In this document: piece after piece, positions 36,301 through 49,080 of the stretch
Layout of the letters: each line of letters opens with the position of its first letter
Numbering within the stretch: the first letter of the stretch is position 1
Assembly: GCA_965153285.1 (NCBI GenBank)
Contig: OZ229111.1
Direction: 5' to 3' (one strand)
DNA from: Podarcis tiliguerta
Lineage: Eukaryota
DNA: 64,000 nucleotides
Position numbers and translations under genes: made by a program
The notes under the pieces: generated by a model
What the model was told of the DNA's origin: nothing
The model's database searches: none
The model's input: the letters and a program-made list of their open reading frames with translations, nothing else

Positions 36301-39072
36301 CTCTCTCACAGCTGCGCTAGCCCCAGTGAAGAGCCGCAAGCTTCATTCCAGTGCAGTCCTATCACTTGCAGCTGATGAGCACTTCATTCTCTCCGGCAGT
36401 GAGGACCGAACACTGGTGTGTTTTGACAGGAGGGCCAACAGTGTCCTCCAGAGGCTACAGGTAAGCTACAGACTTTGACTCTCCTTTTTGTGCTGAGGAT
36501 GGCCAAGAATTCCTTAGAAAGCAACTTAGAAAACCAGGATCTGTGGGTGTTGTCTCCAGAGTTTGTCAGGAGAATCCTTAATCCTGTGGGTTTGAGTGCT
36601 ACTTATTTCTGTATTAGTTGAAGGTCTGGGACTACAAACCAAATCCCAGGCTTTTACTTGTGTTCAGATTAGGTATGTTCTTGTGCTAAATAAAACTCAG
36701 AGGCTATATGGCTCAGGAAGCTACACATTCCAAGTTGAGGCTCTCGAGTTTAGTGGGACCTTGATCTGGCCTCGCCCAAGTATTCTTTAACTTGGCATTG
36801 CTCTTGCCTGACCTTTACTCTCCTAAGTTTATACGGCAAGGCCATGTGGGAGACATTCCAGAGGGCGGTTTTTGCATTCAGACATTACATGAAACCACAG
36901 TTGCTTTAGCTGAACCATGGTTTCGCATTATGAGCTTGCTCCCAGTTTGTTTGGGACTGGCAAACCAGGCTTTGAAACCGCAGGCAGAAGCTCTGTTCTG
37001 ACTGAATTTACAGAGTGGTTTGTCGGGGCCATTGTTTTGCCTAAAGAGGCTGCTATACCATGAAAATGGGAGTAGCTCTACCTTAAGCGAATACTTGAGG
37101 GTGAACTTTTGAAGCTTAGTGCTGAGCCAGATGGGAAACTAAAGGCAGAAAAGCAGCTCTAAACCATGGTTTGCTTGTTCATGTGGAAGCTCATGGTTAG
37201 CACAAAGCATAGTTTTGCACTATGTTTGAACCTAGCCTCAGTTCTGCTAATTTTCCTTATTTAGGTTCAAGAATTTCGCCCCATATTTTATATTGGCAAG
37301 TAACTTGTGGCATCTTTTTGTTTTCTACTTTAGCATACACAATTTATTTCACTTAGTTGAGCTATCTGCTTTACTTTAGTACAATACCTTGATTAATGCC
37401 AGTGACATTAGTTCCATTCCTTCCTAGCTGGACTCTTACCTCCTCACCATGTCATACCATGGTGCTCAGCTATGGGCAGGAGACAACAATGGGCAGCTGT
37501 ATGTCTTTGAAAACAAAGGAGGGTGTTTCCAGCACATCCGGGTACGCTGAGAAGTTGAATCGCGGAGAAATATGGTACTTCTCTAATCTCCACCCACAAA
37601 ATTACTTGTGCTTTGCTAAGCATAGCCTAGCATAAGGTGTTGCTTTTCAGTAGATTGTATTTATATTTATAACACTGCTGGGATTCACCTTAGAAATCTC
37701 ATGAGCTTTGACCATTTGGAGCCATTCTTCTTCTGCCAGTGTCGCTTCTGAACCCAAACAAGCATGTTTTGCTGATAGTATAGAAATCACTAGTGCCTAA
37801 AGGTAAAGGGACCCCTGACCATTAGGTCCAGTCGTGACTGACTCTGGGGTTGTGGCGCTCATCTCGCTTTATTGGCCGAGGGAGCCGGCATGTGGCCAGC
37901 ATGACTAAGCCGCTTCTGGCGAACCAGAGCAGCGCATGGAAACGCCGTTAACCTTCCCTCAGGAGTGGTACCTATTTATCTACTTGCACTTTGACGTGCT
38001 TTCGAACTGCTAGTGCCTAACCAGTTGTAAAAGAAGCAGCAGCAGCATACTAGCATTTGTCTCCTATTCAAAGCATCACTCTGTTTTTGTTTTGTTCCAC
38101 AGTATTTCGATGTGGGTCACCGCTCTCAGATCACGGGAATCCAACATTCACTGGGTGCACTTTACACAACTTCCACTGACAAGACACTGCGTGTAAGAAT
38201 TGTGGTGGTGTTTAAGTTACAGGTCTGAACCACAGACAGGCCTGGGAGACAGGGCTTCCCAATCCCATCCTTCACCTGTGGGGGCAAAGCAAAACCTGCC
38301 CATTTTTCAGGCTGAGAGACAGAGCATGAAAGGTGTGTCTTCCTAGCTAAAGCAGCCAAACCCCTTGGAGTCTCCCACCAGCTGCGGGAGAACTAATAGC
38401 TTGGCATAGCAATGATAAAGGAAGGCCAGAGCCCGCACAAAGCTGTTTTCATACCAGGTTTCCATGCCCCTGATTGCAGACCGATTGCTTCACAGTGCAC
38501 TCCTGGTCTTTATCAGTCACACAGGTCATTCTTTTGGAGGTTTTCTTACAAAATAGTTGCCTTGGTACAATACCCTTGTGACTCCGAACCAATCTGCTCT
38601 GTCCCATACACTATTTTCTATACTTAGCCATTGTTTGTGTGGTACCGAAACGCAACTTTCCATTTCATTAGATTTTAAGCTTCTAGACCGTAACCTCTTG
38701 GATTTCTCTTCCAGATCCATGTTCCCACAGATCCGCCCAAGGTCATCTGTTCACACACACACAGCTGTGTGCTAAATGGGGTAAGGCTTGTGGGGGTGCT
38801 CGTCAACCTAGTTACAGACTTTTTATACTGGCCCCAACCTGAAAAAGGGAGCAGGGGAGATTGTGGGAGAAAGCATCCATAGCTGTCTTTGTTATGTGGG
38901 GTTATGTGCTGGGGTGTGTGTTTTGGCTTCTGTGACTTTTGCTCACTGTACTTAGATTTCCTCCACCACCCACCCTTTCCTTTCTCCTCTTTTTCAGATC
39001 AGTGTTGAAGGAAACATGGCCGTTGCTGCCTCTGGTGGCGTCTCTGTAGAAGTCTGGAAGCTCAGTGTGTGA
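30353..39072 (+). CDS. FBXW9: F-box/WD repeat-containing protein 9 (466 aa)
   Basis: Exons 30353-30785, 32101-32240, 33629-33757, 34810-34922, 35646-35737, 36312-36460, 37428-37541, 38103-38192, 38715-38780, 38998-39072 (1401 nt). F-box [16 protein letters not shown] and WD40 repeats ([41 protein letters not shown]) match recalled FBXW9. It lies next to TNPO2 as in human. Confidence 0.96.
31201..31431 (+). mobile_element. Tc1/mariner-type MITE
   Basis: TA|CCGTGGTACCTC...AGGTACCACTG|TA. Same family as 31770-32011 and 39919-40136. Confidence 0.85.
31770..32011 (-). mobile_element. Tc1/mariner-type MITE, inverted relative to 31201-31431
   Basis: TA|CAGTGGTACCTC...AGGTACCACTG|TA. The interior is the reverse complement of the preceding copy. 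Confidence 0.85.
33165..33300. mobile_element. Palindromic hAT MITE (136 bp)
   Basis: 8-bp TSD GTCTAGAC (33157-33164, 33301-33308) and long self-complementary arms. Degenerate relatives at ~47270-47400, ~50420-50560 and ~53390-53520. Confidence 0.85.
37801..38009 (-). mobile_element. 5'-truncated Sauria SINE
   Basis: Reverse complement of the 3' half of the element at 57823-58180. TSD CTAGTGCCTAA at 37790-37800 and 38010-38020. Confidence 0.88.
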
Positions 39073-39880
39073 TCCACACTTGCAAACACAAGTGCCAAGT
39101 CTCAGACAACCTGCCCCCAGGTTCCCAGTGCCCATTGAGTTGTTAGGTTTTTGTTTTGTCTGCTCTTTGGAGCTGTGAGGTTAGGGGTGGAGGTTCAGCC
39201 TTTACTTGTCCCAGGTAGCTTGTAACCAAGAGTCATGCTCCTAAATTAGTGGACCTCTACATGTCCAAACCCAGTCAGCTGCTCACTCCCATTTCTCTTG
39301 TGTGTATGCGCATGTACACATACTCCTCGTCCACTTGAGCTGTCACTGCCACACTCAGCCTTAAGGAGAGCAGCACCGCTGAGTGGCATGGTCAATGAAC
39401 AGAACTAGCTGGCCCTTCAGGTGAAAGGATATTATCCTAGAGGCACAGCTCCGAGCCTGAGGAATGTCAGCTCAAGGGAAAAGGGTTACAGGAACAAGGG
39501 AGGGCGGAGTTTCCCATCAGGTTAAAAGCACCCTCTAGTGACCCAGTTCTGATCCATGTTTACAACTTTAAATTAAAGATGGCTGATCAGGAGTGATGGT
39601 GCCTTGTTTTGTTTCTCATGCAAGCAGCATGGTTTTAAAAGCCTGCTTATCTTTATACAACAGGCTACATTCCAGCAGCGCAAAAGTCAACGGTTTGCAC
39701 ACACAGGGCTGAGTTTCCCCCATCCCAAGGCAGCAGGAAAAGTTGTAGGATTTGATAAAGAATCTAGTTTTCAGAATGCAAGTAGTAATTGTAATACAGT
39801 TATGGGAAGCAGCTCTTACCTTCAGTTTGTTTCCATTTCTGACTTGGCTGGGTAATAGCTATTTAAAAATACCCCAATGC

Positions 39881-39898
39881 AATAAAATACCTATTAAA
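39881..39898 (+). terminator. Probable FBXW9 polyadenylation signals
   Basis: AATAAA 39881-39886 and ATTAAA 39893-39898, about 810 nt after the stop codon. Confidence 0.45.
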
Positions 39899-39918
39899 GC
39901 AGGGAAGCAAACGCAATA

Positions 39919-40136
39919 CAAATGGTACCTCGAGTTACAAATGCCTCAGGTTACAAACTCCACTAACGTGGAAGAGTTACCTCGAGTTGAGAACTTTACC
40001 CCAGGATGAGAACGGAAATCGTGTACCTGTGGCAGCAAGAGGCCCCATTAGCAAAAGCACACCTCTAGTTAAGAACAGTTTCAGGTTAAGAACGGACCTC
40101 CAGAATGAATTAAGTTCATAACTAGTGGTACCACTG
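39919..40136 (+). mobile_element. Tc1/mariner-type MITE
   Basis: Same interior as 31201-31431. TA-flanked, ends GGTACCACTG|TA. Confidence 0.8.
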
Positions 40137-41149
40137 TAAAACAATAGAGTTGTGACTTCAGAAATATCTGGTCACTACTCCGCCATGTACCTCTTAGGTG
40201 ATCTCCTTACATGTTGTGCAGTTTGGGCATTAGTTTCGTGAAAGTAAATAGCTGTTGATCACATGAAACACAAAAATTATCAGGAAATATCAGGAAAGTG
40301 GAAGGAAGTGCTGCCTAACTCCTAGACACCTAAGCACTCTTAGAGCAACAGTGTGGCAAGCAGGGCTCCAACCATTGGATCTGCCTGCTGTTTGTAGTGA
40401 GCTCTTTAAAATGTCTGTGTTTGGCACTTAGGCCTACTCTCGTGTCCCAGCATGCTTTATGTTTTTCTCATTGATACTAGACATCAACACAGCTACAGGC
40501 AATTTTTGTTTCCCAGACCGGTAAAGCCGGTTTGAACAATGTGGCTAAACTTGCGCCAGGAGGCTCCTACCAGGATGTGGTGTGATGCAGTGCACTGAGC
40601 TGTCCAGTTGTGTGACTGGTGACTACTGCATTCCAGTCTGGCCTCCTTATATAGTATTTATGCTGAAGTACACAAGAGCCAATGTAGAGCAGTGACTTCA
40701 GTTATGGGGCTGAATGTGAGCAACCCGGGCTTAGATCCCTACCTGCAAGGTCATGAAGCCCACTAAGTGGCCTTAGGCAAATGACCATTCTGAAAAACAA
40801 CTTAACTTTACTTAGTTTTCAGTAAAACAATACAGTCTTTTTTTGGGGGGGTGGGGAGAACAATCAACTCAGGTATTAATGTTGAAAGATGAGAGTACTT
40901 ATAAAACAGAAACCTGCTGATGGTTGAGGAAGAGAGACTAACATGACCATCCCTCTGGAAACTGGTATGGAACTGAGAGTTTGGAAGTGTTACAAGCACC
41001 AGTTGCAAAGTGTGATTCCAAAGAGCAGGGCAGTCCAGTGTTGCACACCCTCCCAAAGGCAGTGGAAACAGTAATGTGTTTCTGAAGTATGGCTGAGAGT
41101 TTCATCTCCTTGCAGCTTTGGTTCTCCACTCAAGCCAGGACAGGGACCA

Positions 41150-44100
41150 TCAGGCTGGTTCCCCTTCCTCAGCCACGTACGACTCCTCCCTCCAAAACTG
41201 CACACGGCCCTCTGCAGCAGTGAGCAAGCAAGACTCAGTTGGGTGGAAGGACAGAGACTGAACTGCAGTTTTGCTCACAGGCAAGCTCAGGGCAAGGGAC
41301 CCCTGTGAAGAGGAGAGAGAAGAATAATGAAGATAAGGGTAGAGATAACGTGCTCCTAACACTTGGGCAGCTAGACATGGGCTGGAGTTCAGAACTGCAT
41401 CTGCTTTTTCAAGCACCACCTGTTGTGCTGAATAATCAATATGAGAAAGAGACAGTCCAAGTTCAAGAGAGGAAAGAAGAAATGCCTTGCAGTGGAAAAC
41501 ATGCAAACTGTACCTGATCCTCAATGGTCATGAGGAAACAAATGTTATTTACACCAGAGATTTAAAATCTTTTTGAGTCCATGGCTCCCTTGACCAACTA
41601 CATTATTTCTCTGGCACCTTTATAGGGCTCAGGAGCCCAGTTATGTCACCCCTTGCCTGCCAAGCTGGCAGCTTTTCACCCTTTTTCAAACACCCTTCCT
41701 TGTGGAGTGTTCCCTCCACCTCCTTTCCAATCCCCTCTCCTTGGGAGTCCTCTGGGCAGCCGCAGCTGCTTCCCCTGGTCTCTGAGCTGCCCCCTTGATC
41801 CTCCCTGACCAGCCCCAGAGGCATCATTCACCTAGGGAGCTTGTAGCCAGGGCCGCTGCAATAAATAACTCTGAAAGCCTTTGGGAGGCAGAGATGCAAG
41901 AGGGCACCAGAGGAGGGAGGGAAGGAAAGAGGGACAGAGGCCACTGTTGCCCACAGCACCCCTGACCATCATTCAAAGCACCCCAGGGTGCCACGGCACA
42001 CTGGCTGAAAACCACTGCTTTAACTGTTCGTTTAACACATAGATTGGAAAATGCTATGCATTAATTCCTCTGCCTATGTTCTTAGTGGTCATATTCAGGC
42101 AACTAGGTCATACAAAAAACAGCTACGATTACTGTCAGCAGTTAAGGCACCAACAATTTGGAGAGAAGGCTTCATGCTTTGTTCTCCAAGGTTAAATGTT
42201 GCCTTATCCAACCAAATGGAATTCAAGCCCCCCAAACGGCACCCCCCCCCACACACAGTATCTGTGGCTCAACTCCCATGAAGCACTGGTAAGTTACAGG
42301 ACCGCCCAAGAAGGAACCTCTCCATTTTCCCAGGTCATTCTGCTCACCTCCACCAGGTCCCAGAAGTACACCTTCCCATCCTCAGAGCAGCTCCCGACAT
42401 GAGTGTCCCTCTCGCTCATGCAGCAGTCCATCTTATAGGTTACATTCTTGTGGCCTGTATATCTAGAGGTGTCATGGGGGGGTGGATGAGATGAGAAAGA
42501 GGAGAATATTTCTGCTTTTCTCAGTCAGGCTTTCCCCCCATAAGTCCACCTATGGTTGTTACTAGTCCCTGACAAGGTAGATGGAGGATAATGAAAGCCC
42601 AGCATCACCAGAGTTCAAGGCAGACTGACTGTGGCTCTGATTCAATGTATAAATATTGTATTGCACAAATTTCTCTAGTCCACTAGGTTCTTTTACATGG
42701 AAGCACTCATACACTTAAACACTGGATTGGCTGCTCCCAAATGCTGAAGAACAGCCACTCTTTTGAGCTGCTATTGTCTGTCGACAACAGGGTGGAGTAG
42801 GGCAAGCTTTAATGACAGGACTAAATAACTGCATTGCTTACTCTCCTAGTAGTTCACCCGTATCCTTGTCCAGCAAACGCAGAGTAGAATCCAAGCTAGC
42901 AGCCAGGGTACATTGCCCATCTTTGCTGAAACACACGCAGGTGATGGGACCTATAATGAAAATATGGCAGTGTTGGGTTTGATTGCATCAAGAAACAAGA
43001 AAGTGCAAGATTCTGGGCAATCCCCATCAGAACTTGTTCTTAGGAGTTTCTTCAGGGCTACAAATTAGGAAGGAAGGAAGGAATAGTAGCTTGCAGAGAT
43101 CAAGTCTACCCACTGCCTAGAATGAGTCAGTGTCGGACGTGATACAAGATGTGGCAGAGTCCCTTCGGTCTGGACCTGAGGGGCATCAGCTAAAGAGAAG
43201 AGGCAGGGGAATACAGGTGAGGGAGGCAAAGGAAATGCAACAGGGACCATCACCCTGAAAAATTGTCTCTCATCATGCCAAATTGTCAACAAGTCTGTAA
43301 GCAACACTCACTTCCAATGTAATCTGAGTAGAGCTCTCCAGCACGGAGGTCATAGCGGCGGACACGCCCATCCACAGAACTGAAAAATAAAAAAGGGGAC
43401 AGTGGAAATTAGCTGGCAGCAGGAGGGTGGCACTCAGCAAGCACATTGGCGGACGACCCTGAGGTCTCAAAGGGTGCCCTTTCAACATTCCTGGTTTTCA
43501 AACCATGGAACTCAAGTTGTGGGACAGGTTTCCCTATATGCTTGTATTCTTTTGAAACTAACTTTCTCCCTTTTGGAGCAAACACTGAAAATATTTCTTC
43601 GTTTCTTATGAAAGTTTAGAAATGAGAGGATACTACAGAGTATGGATCTACACAGCTGTGTGACTTTAGGATTGGGCTTTTTATTAGTCCAAAAAGAATC
43701 TGATCAATTGGTCAGACAAGTATTGTCAAATGCTGGTAATGCAAAACACCAGCTTTATAAGAACAGCATAGAATATAATGTTAAAAAGTTTTATATTTAT
43801 AATAATTAGAAATAACAAAACAATGTCAGTGGCCATACACTGTATTTTGGAATGTGATTGCGGCCATAGGGCTTCCTCAGTCTGCTTCCTTCAATCCATT
43901 GCAGATGAGTAGAGGGGTAAAACACACCTGGATGGGTCGGGAAGCCCTTAACAGATCCCAAGGTCCAGCATGGACTTCGCAGGGCAGGGAATTTGCCCTC
44001 TCCAGCTCTAACTTCACTCCACCTTTCCTTACCCTGTAAGGATTTCATGGTCTGACACCTTCAGACTGGAAATGCCATCCTTGGCCTCATCCAGGATTTG

Positions 44101-47100
44101 GATGGGATCTGGTCTGCGTGACCGGCAATCCCAGCAGCGGACACTGGAGTCAATGGCACCTGCAAGAGAGCAAAGATGTATATTGAGTACAGCCTAAAAT
44201 GAGTTCTCTGGGATTAACAGTGAAGCCGAGTGAGAAGAAAAGTATTCCTTACCTGAAAGGATCACAGTTGCCTCTTCATTGAACTGGACACAGTTTACTT
44301 TCTGCCAGATGAGAATAGAGAGAAGAGAATGAAATAAGCAATGACTATTGTCCGACTGGTTTAGCAGATTCAAGCATAGAAGGATTACATTCTCTGTTCC
44401 CATTCCTGCCACATTTCTACACAAAGTACCTCAACTTTTGAACTCCTTGAACTTCTACAGAGCGCTCTCTTCGTTACTATTTCCACCCCACAAGCCAAAC
44501 ATCCAATGTAGTCTTGTAGCCAGAATGCAATATTTTGACACTTCTCATAAACTTCCTCCTACTGTAGTATCTAATGTGTCAATAGTATTTTCTACTGCAC
44601 AGCTTTTTAGATGCCAAATAGACAAAACTGCAGACATTATCCAGTCACTGTGAGGCAGGATACATTTCTACCGTCATCCCCCAGTGGAAGCTCAGAAGAA
44701 TTCACCTTCTTATGTGCATAAAGCTGGATATTTGAATCATGTGCAGAAAAGGGCAAACAAAATGATCAGGTGGGTGAAGAAACTCACCTATGCAGAAAGA
44801 TTGCAGTATTTGGTGCTTTTTAGTTTAGGAAAAAAGGTGAGTAAGTAGGATGCACACACATGATAGCAGTATATTATATAAAATTATACAGGGTACAGAA
44901 AAAGTGGACACAGACCTTTTCTCCCTGTCATATAGCATTATAACCTGGGATGATCCAATGAAAGTGGTGGAAGATTCAGGACAGTCAAAAGGAAGTATTT
45001 CTTAACACAGCACATAGTTAAACCATGGAATTCACTGCCACAAGATGTGGCAATGACAACCAACATAAATGGCTTAGAAAGGGAATTGAACAAAGTAATG
45101 GAGGATAAAGCTATCAATGGCTACTAGTCATGACAGCTATACATTACAGCCTTCCAAAATCAGGGGCAGCATGATTTTGAGTACCCGCCACTGAGAAACA
45201 AAAGGTACCACTGTACCTCTCATACCCAGCTTGTGAGATTTCAGATTGGCCACTGTGGTGAAAAGGATGCTAGACTAGATTGGTCTGATCCAGGGAAGAT
45301 ACTCTGTTCCCTTTTCTTGGAAGGGACAAAGGACAGAAGAGGTCTTACCCCTGCATGGCCACGGAACTTGCGAATCACTTGACCTGTGGCAACATCCCAC
45401 AACACTACTGTCTTGTCTGCACCACATGAACAAAGCTGGCTGTTATCAAATGATCTGCAGAGTGGATAAAGACAGATAATGATGGGGAAAGCATCCTGAT
45501 TGCTTCCTGTATGTGCAACTCCCTGAATTACTGTATTCTTACTGTATTAAGAATGTCAGATTTAATTTTTCAAAAGCTACGTTTCAAACCTTAGGACATT
45601 AAAGATGGGTTCAAATGTATGGAGCAGGGACTGAATAGGATATCCTATTATCACTGGCTGGGACAGTATTACTATGCTATTTACAGCTTTTCTCCCAACA
45701 GCTAGCAGGTTCAAGTTTTGCATATTTAGACAATTCATTTAAATTGGTTTAATATACAACTGATAGCTTCATGGAGAAATTGATTTTTCTTTCTTTCTGG
45801 AATGTAAAAATGTTATTCATCCATATCTTTTTCTTTTGATTATGAATTTTATAAATTATTTGTTTTCCAGCTGTATTGTATAACATTAAAAGTTAAATTT
45901 ATGCAACACAGGCAGGTCAGAGGATTTAATTTGTTTACCAAGCAATTTTTAAAACTCTACTTTGCCCTGCTCACAACTCCAGTAGAAAGGTAGACAAGGC
46001 ATAGACCACAAAAGTTCTGACCAGTGACCCACCTGTTTTTCAGCCAGTTTTTTTTTATTATTGATTTATTGTTTTATATACAGTGGTACCTTGGTTTACA
46101 ACCATAATCCGTTCCAGAGGTCCATTTGTAAACCAAAACAGGTTGTAACCCAAGGTGCGCTTTTGCCAATGGGGCCTCCAAAAAAAAAATTTGTTCGTAA
46201 TCCAAAAGAAATGGGTTGTAATCCAAAAAAAGGTTGCAAACCGGGACACGCACTTCTGGGTTTGGCGTGTTTGTAATCCAAAACCAAGACGTATGCAAAC
46301 CAAGGTACCACTGTACTACCCTGTACCTGGAGGTCTCAGGGTGGTTCACAGGTCAAAATATAAAACCACAATATATATAATCAAAATAAAAACAACAACC
46401 CAATAACCCTCCCCCCCAGAAAGAGCCACATTTTAAAAGGGCATACCATCTCAAAATTTCTGGTGGTATTTCACCACAAAATCTTTTTTTCCAAAAGAGT
46501 GGCTCCCTCTTCCCAGTTCTTACCCTGCTGCATCCAGAACCTCATAGCCATGGCCGCTGTAAGTCTTAAGGAGAGTGCCTTTGAGGGGGTTCCAGAGCTT
46601 AAGTGATTTGTCACTGCCACAGGTGAGACAATAATTTCCATCCACTGCAGGGGGGATAGGAGAGGAAAAACTTATTGAACAGTATCCAATGCAACACTCT
46701 TCAGCAGTGTTCCTGACAGATTTGCCTTTCCTATTTTCTGCACGTGCTACACAGGTTCCACTATTTCTGCTGCAGGCACAAATTTTCTCCCTGAGCAAGA
46801 AACCTATAACCACGGTATAGACACCTTCCCCCAATCATTATTTTCTTTAGCTCGTGAATCACTAAGGATTATATTCAACATAGCACTAAGCTGAATGTTC
46901 CATCAGTGCAAGGATTTCCTCTTGAGCAATTGAATTTTCTCTCTCTCCCTTCTTTCCTGCCCCCCCTAAATCTGTTCTGGGTTTCTCCCCAACCCCAACC
47001 CTCCAGAGCGGATTTGGGATGGCACAAGGCATACAGTGTAGAAGAAGGGGAAATCCCACTGTGCTAGTGTTAATCCTTGCACTAGCACAAACGGAACACT

Positions 47101-47655
47101 GCCCTAATAATTTATACACTGCATTGCTATTCAGCTCCAACTTTTGGGTTTTCCCCCTTTGCACTTTTCTATGTATATATACCAGGTAACTAAGGATTGC
47201 ACTTCATGCATCTGATGAATATTGTTTTCAACGACTTATGCCGCAATAAAATTTGTTGTTCTTTAAGGCAAAAGAGGAGAAGCTGTGACCCTCCAACTGT
47301 TACTGAATTCCAACTCCCACCAGCCCCAGCCAACAATCAGGGATGATGGGAGTTGTAGTCCAGGAACATCCAGAAGGTCACAGCATCCCCACACCTGCAT
47401 TAACTAAGGCGTCACAAGACTCCTTGCTGGTTTAACTGCAACAGGCTACCACAACTTCACCTCTAAAAAATGTAAATCACACACTAGACTCTGCTTTGTT
47501 TCTCTGGTTCTAAAAATTCAGCACCATGTTATAAGATCAAGGATACACTCACCATTGAACCTCACTGCCCTGACAGCTCCCTGTTTACATTCCAGTGTGC
47601 CCAGAAGTTTCTTTGGCAACTCAGGCTTCTTCAGTTTTGGCTCTGGAAAGGCCAT
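41150..47655 (-). CDS. WDR83: WD repeat domain-containing protein 83 (MORG1), 316 aa
   Basis: Minus-strand exons 47655-47553, 46644-46524, 45454-45349, 44301-44253, 44159-44033, 43379-43312, 42950-42842, 42462-42348, 41302-41150 (951 nt). Translation MAFPEPK...GAVRAVRFNVDGNYCLTCGSDKSLKLWNP...HPTESCLLTAAEGRVQFWREE matches WDR83. Confidence 0.96.
44742..45305 (+). mobile_element. CR1 LINE 3' fragment
   Basis: Degenerate CR1 ORF2 end (GCAGAAAAGGGCAAACAAAATGATC...AAAAGGAAGTATTTCTT...TGGAATTCACTGCCACAAGATGTGG) and CR1 3'UTR. Confidence 0.8.
46081..46313. mobile_element. Tc1/mariner-type MITE (different subfamily)
   Basis: TA|CAGTGGTACCTTGGTTT...AAACCAAGGTACCACTG|TA, with perfect 17-bp TIRs. Confidence 0.85.
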
Positions 47656-48589
47656 GATGAAGACAAGCAGGCGTGCTATATGGGGATTCTTCTATACTGG
47701 ATGCAACAGCTGTAACTTGACAGCAAATTCTCAAGTTCTACAAAAACCCCAAAGTGGATTGATGTGATGTGTTAGGATTGCCCTGCGTCTGGGATTTTTC
47801 TTCCATTTGGAATACCACCCTGTTACAAAACGACACAGGCATAAAGAGAAATAAGGTCCCAGCTGCAACAGCTACTCAAGCTACCAGTTTCTTCACAATG
47901 GTAAAGACCATTTTTTTCTCCAGAAAGAAAATTGGCAAAGGCAAATCACCTATGTCATGTAGCCTTGCTTATCTTATTTTACAAGTTTCTATCAACCCTC
48001 TAGAAATCCTTCTCTTTCCAAACCAGTTAAAAGTTATCTTTACATAGCAAACCCTGTAGCACACCTACAGTTCTTTAAACTTGCAGAAAACCACCAGGGA
48101 ACTCTTTCTACTACTCTCTGATGCTCTTCTCAATCTAATTCTTATCCTATGGTAGCCATTTTTGAGGAATTCTATATTATCCTTTACAGTACCTTGCCTA
48201 TATAGCTCGATTTACTTATTTTCTTAAATTTATAGCCCGCCTTTCTTCTACATGTGGTTCCGGGGCGGTCACTGAACAGACCCAAACCTGCTTCGTTTCA
48301 GCCATGTCCCTTCAGACCACAACCAGGAATCAAACATGCGCAGACTTCCCATTCGGAAGGATACGCAACATGACTGAAAAACGACTTAGCACCTCTTATA
48401 GCTTCCCCCAAACGTTTAACTGCCAATTGAAAACCAGATTTTATTATGGGAAGGAGGAAGATTGAATGAGGAACACAGCGCAGCCCTCCAATTCGCTCCC
48501 CTCGGTGCACAGCTACCTCATCTTTAGTTCCGCCCATTCGCAGCGTGGATTTCCCCACCCTGGTAGGAAAAAAACCCCGAAGGTTCTTT

Positions 48590-49080
48590 ACCTCAATTGA
48601 ACAACCCATAGCATCTCCCCAAGGAAGATTAATCCGCTAAACCGTCTCCAAATACTGCGGCCTCGGGACTGATGACCGGAACGAGAAGGCTTGAACTCCG
48701 GGGTGTTACACTCTTAGTTGTCCCCCTTGCGCCACTGAAAGGAAGCGGAAGTTGGTGTAGCGGCGGGGGCGCTGCTCGGAGTTAGCCAGAGGCGGTGCAG
48801 GATGGCCGGTAACAACGTAATGGACCCGCGGCGGCCAAATCGCGTTCTCAGGTCAGCGGCGGGGGACCGTAGGCGGGGGGGCGGGGCGGGTGAGCTGCCC
48901 CGGCAAAGCCACGGAGAGAGCGCGAGCGGGGCGACCTTTGGCACGGAAAGATTGAGCCGGGGGAGTGGCATATGATGCTAAAGGGTGCGCTGAGACGTCA
49001 CCCCTCGCTGTAGCGCGGGACTGGCATGGGGTCGCCATGGCAACGCAAGGCGGAGGGCGAGAGAGAGAGAGAGGCGGCCT
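48590..49080. promoter_or_regulatory. Bidirectional CpG-island promoter of WDR83 / WDR83OS
   Basis: CpG-rich. Tandem ETS/GABPA GGAAGCGGAAGT 48741-48752, GC boxes ~48872-48891, RFX X-box GTCGCCATGGCAAC 49031-49044. Probable WDR83 non-coding exon 1 donor (minus GAG|GTAAAG) at 48592/48591. Confidence 0.8.
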
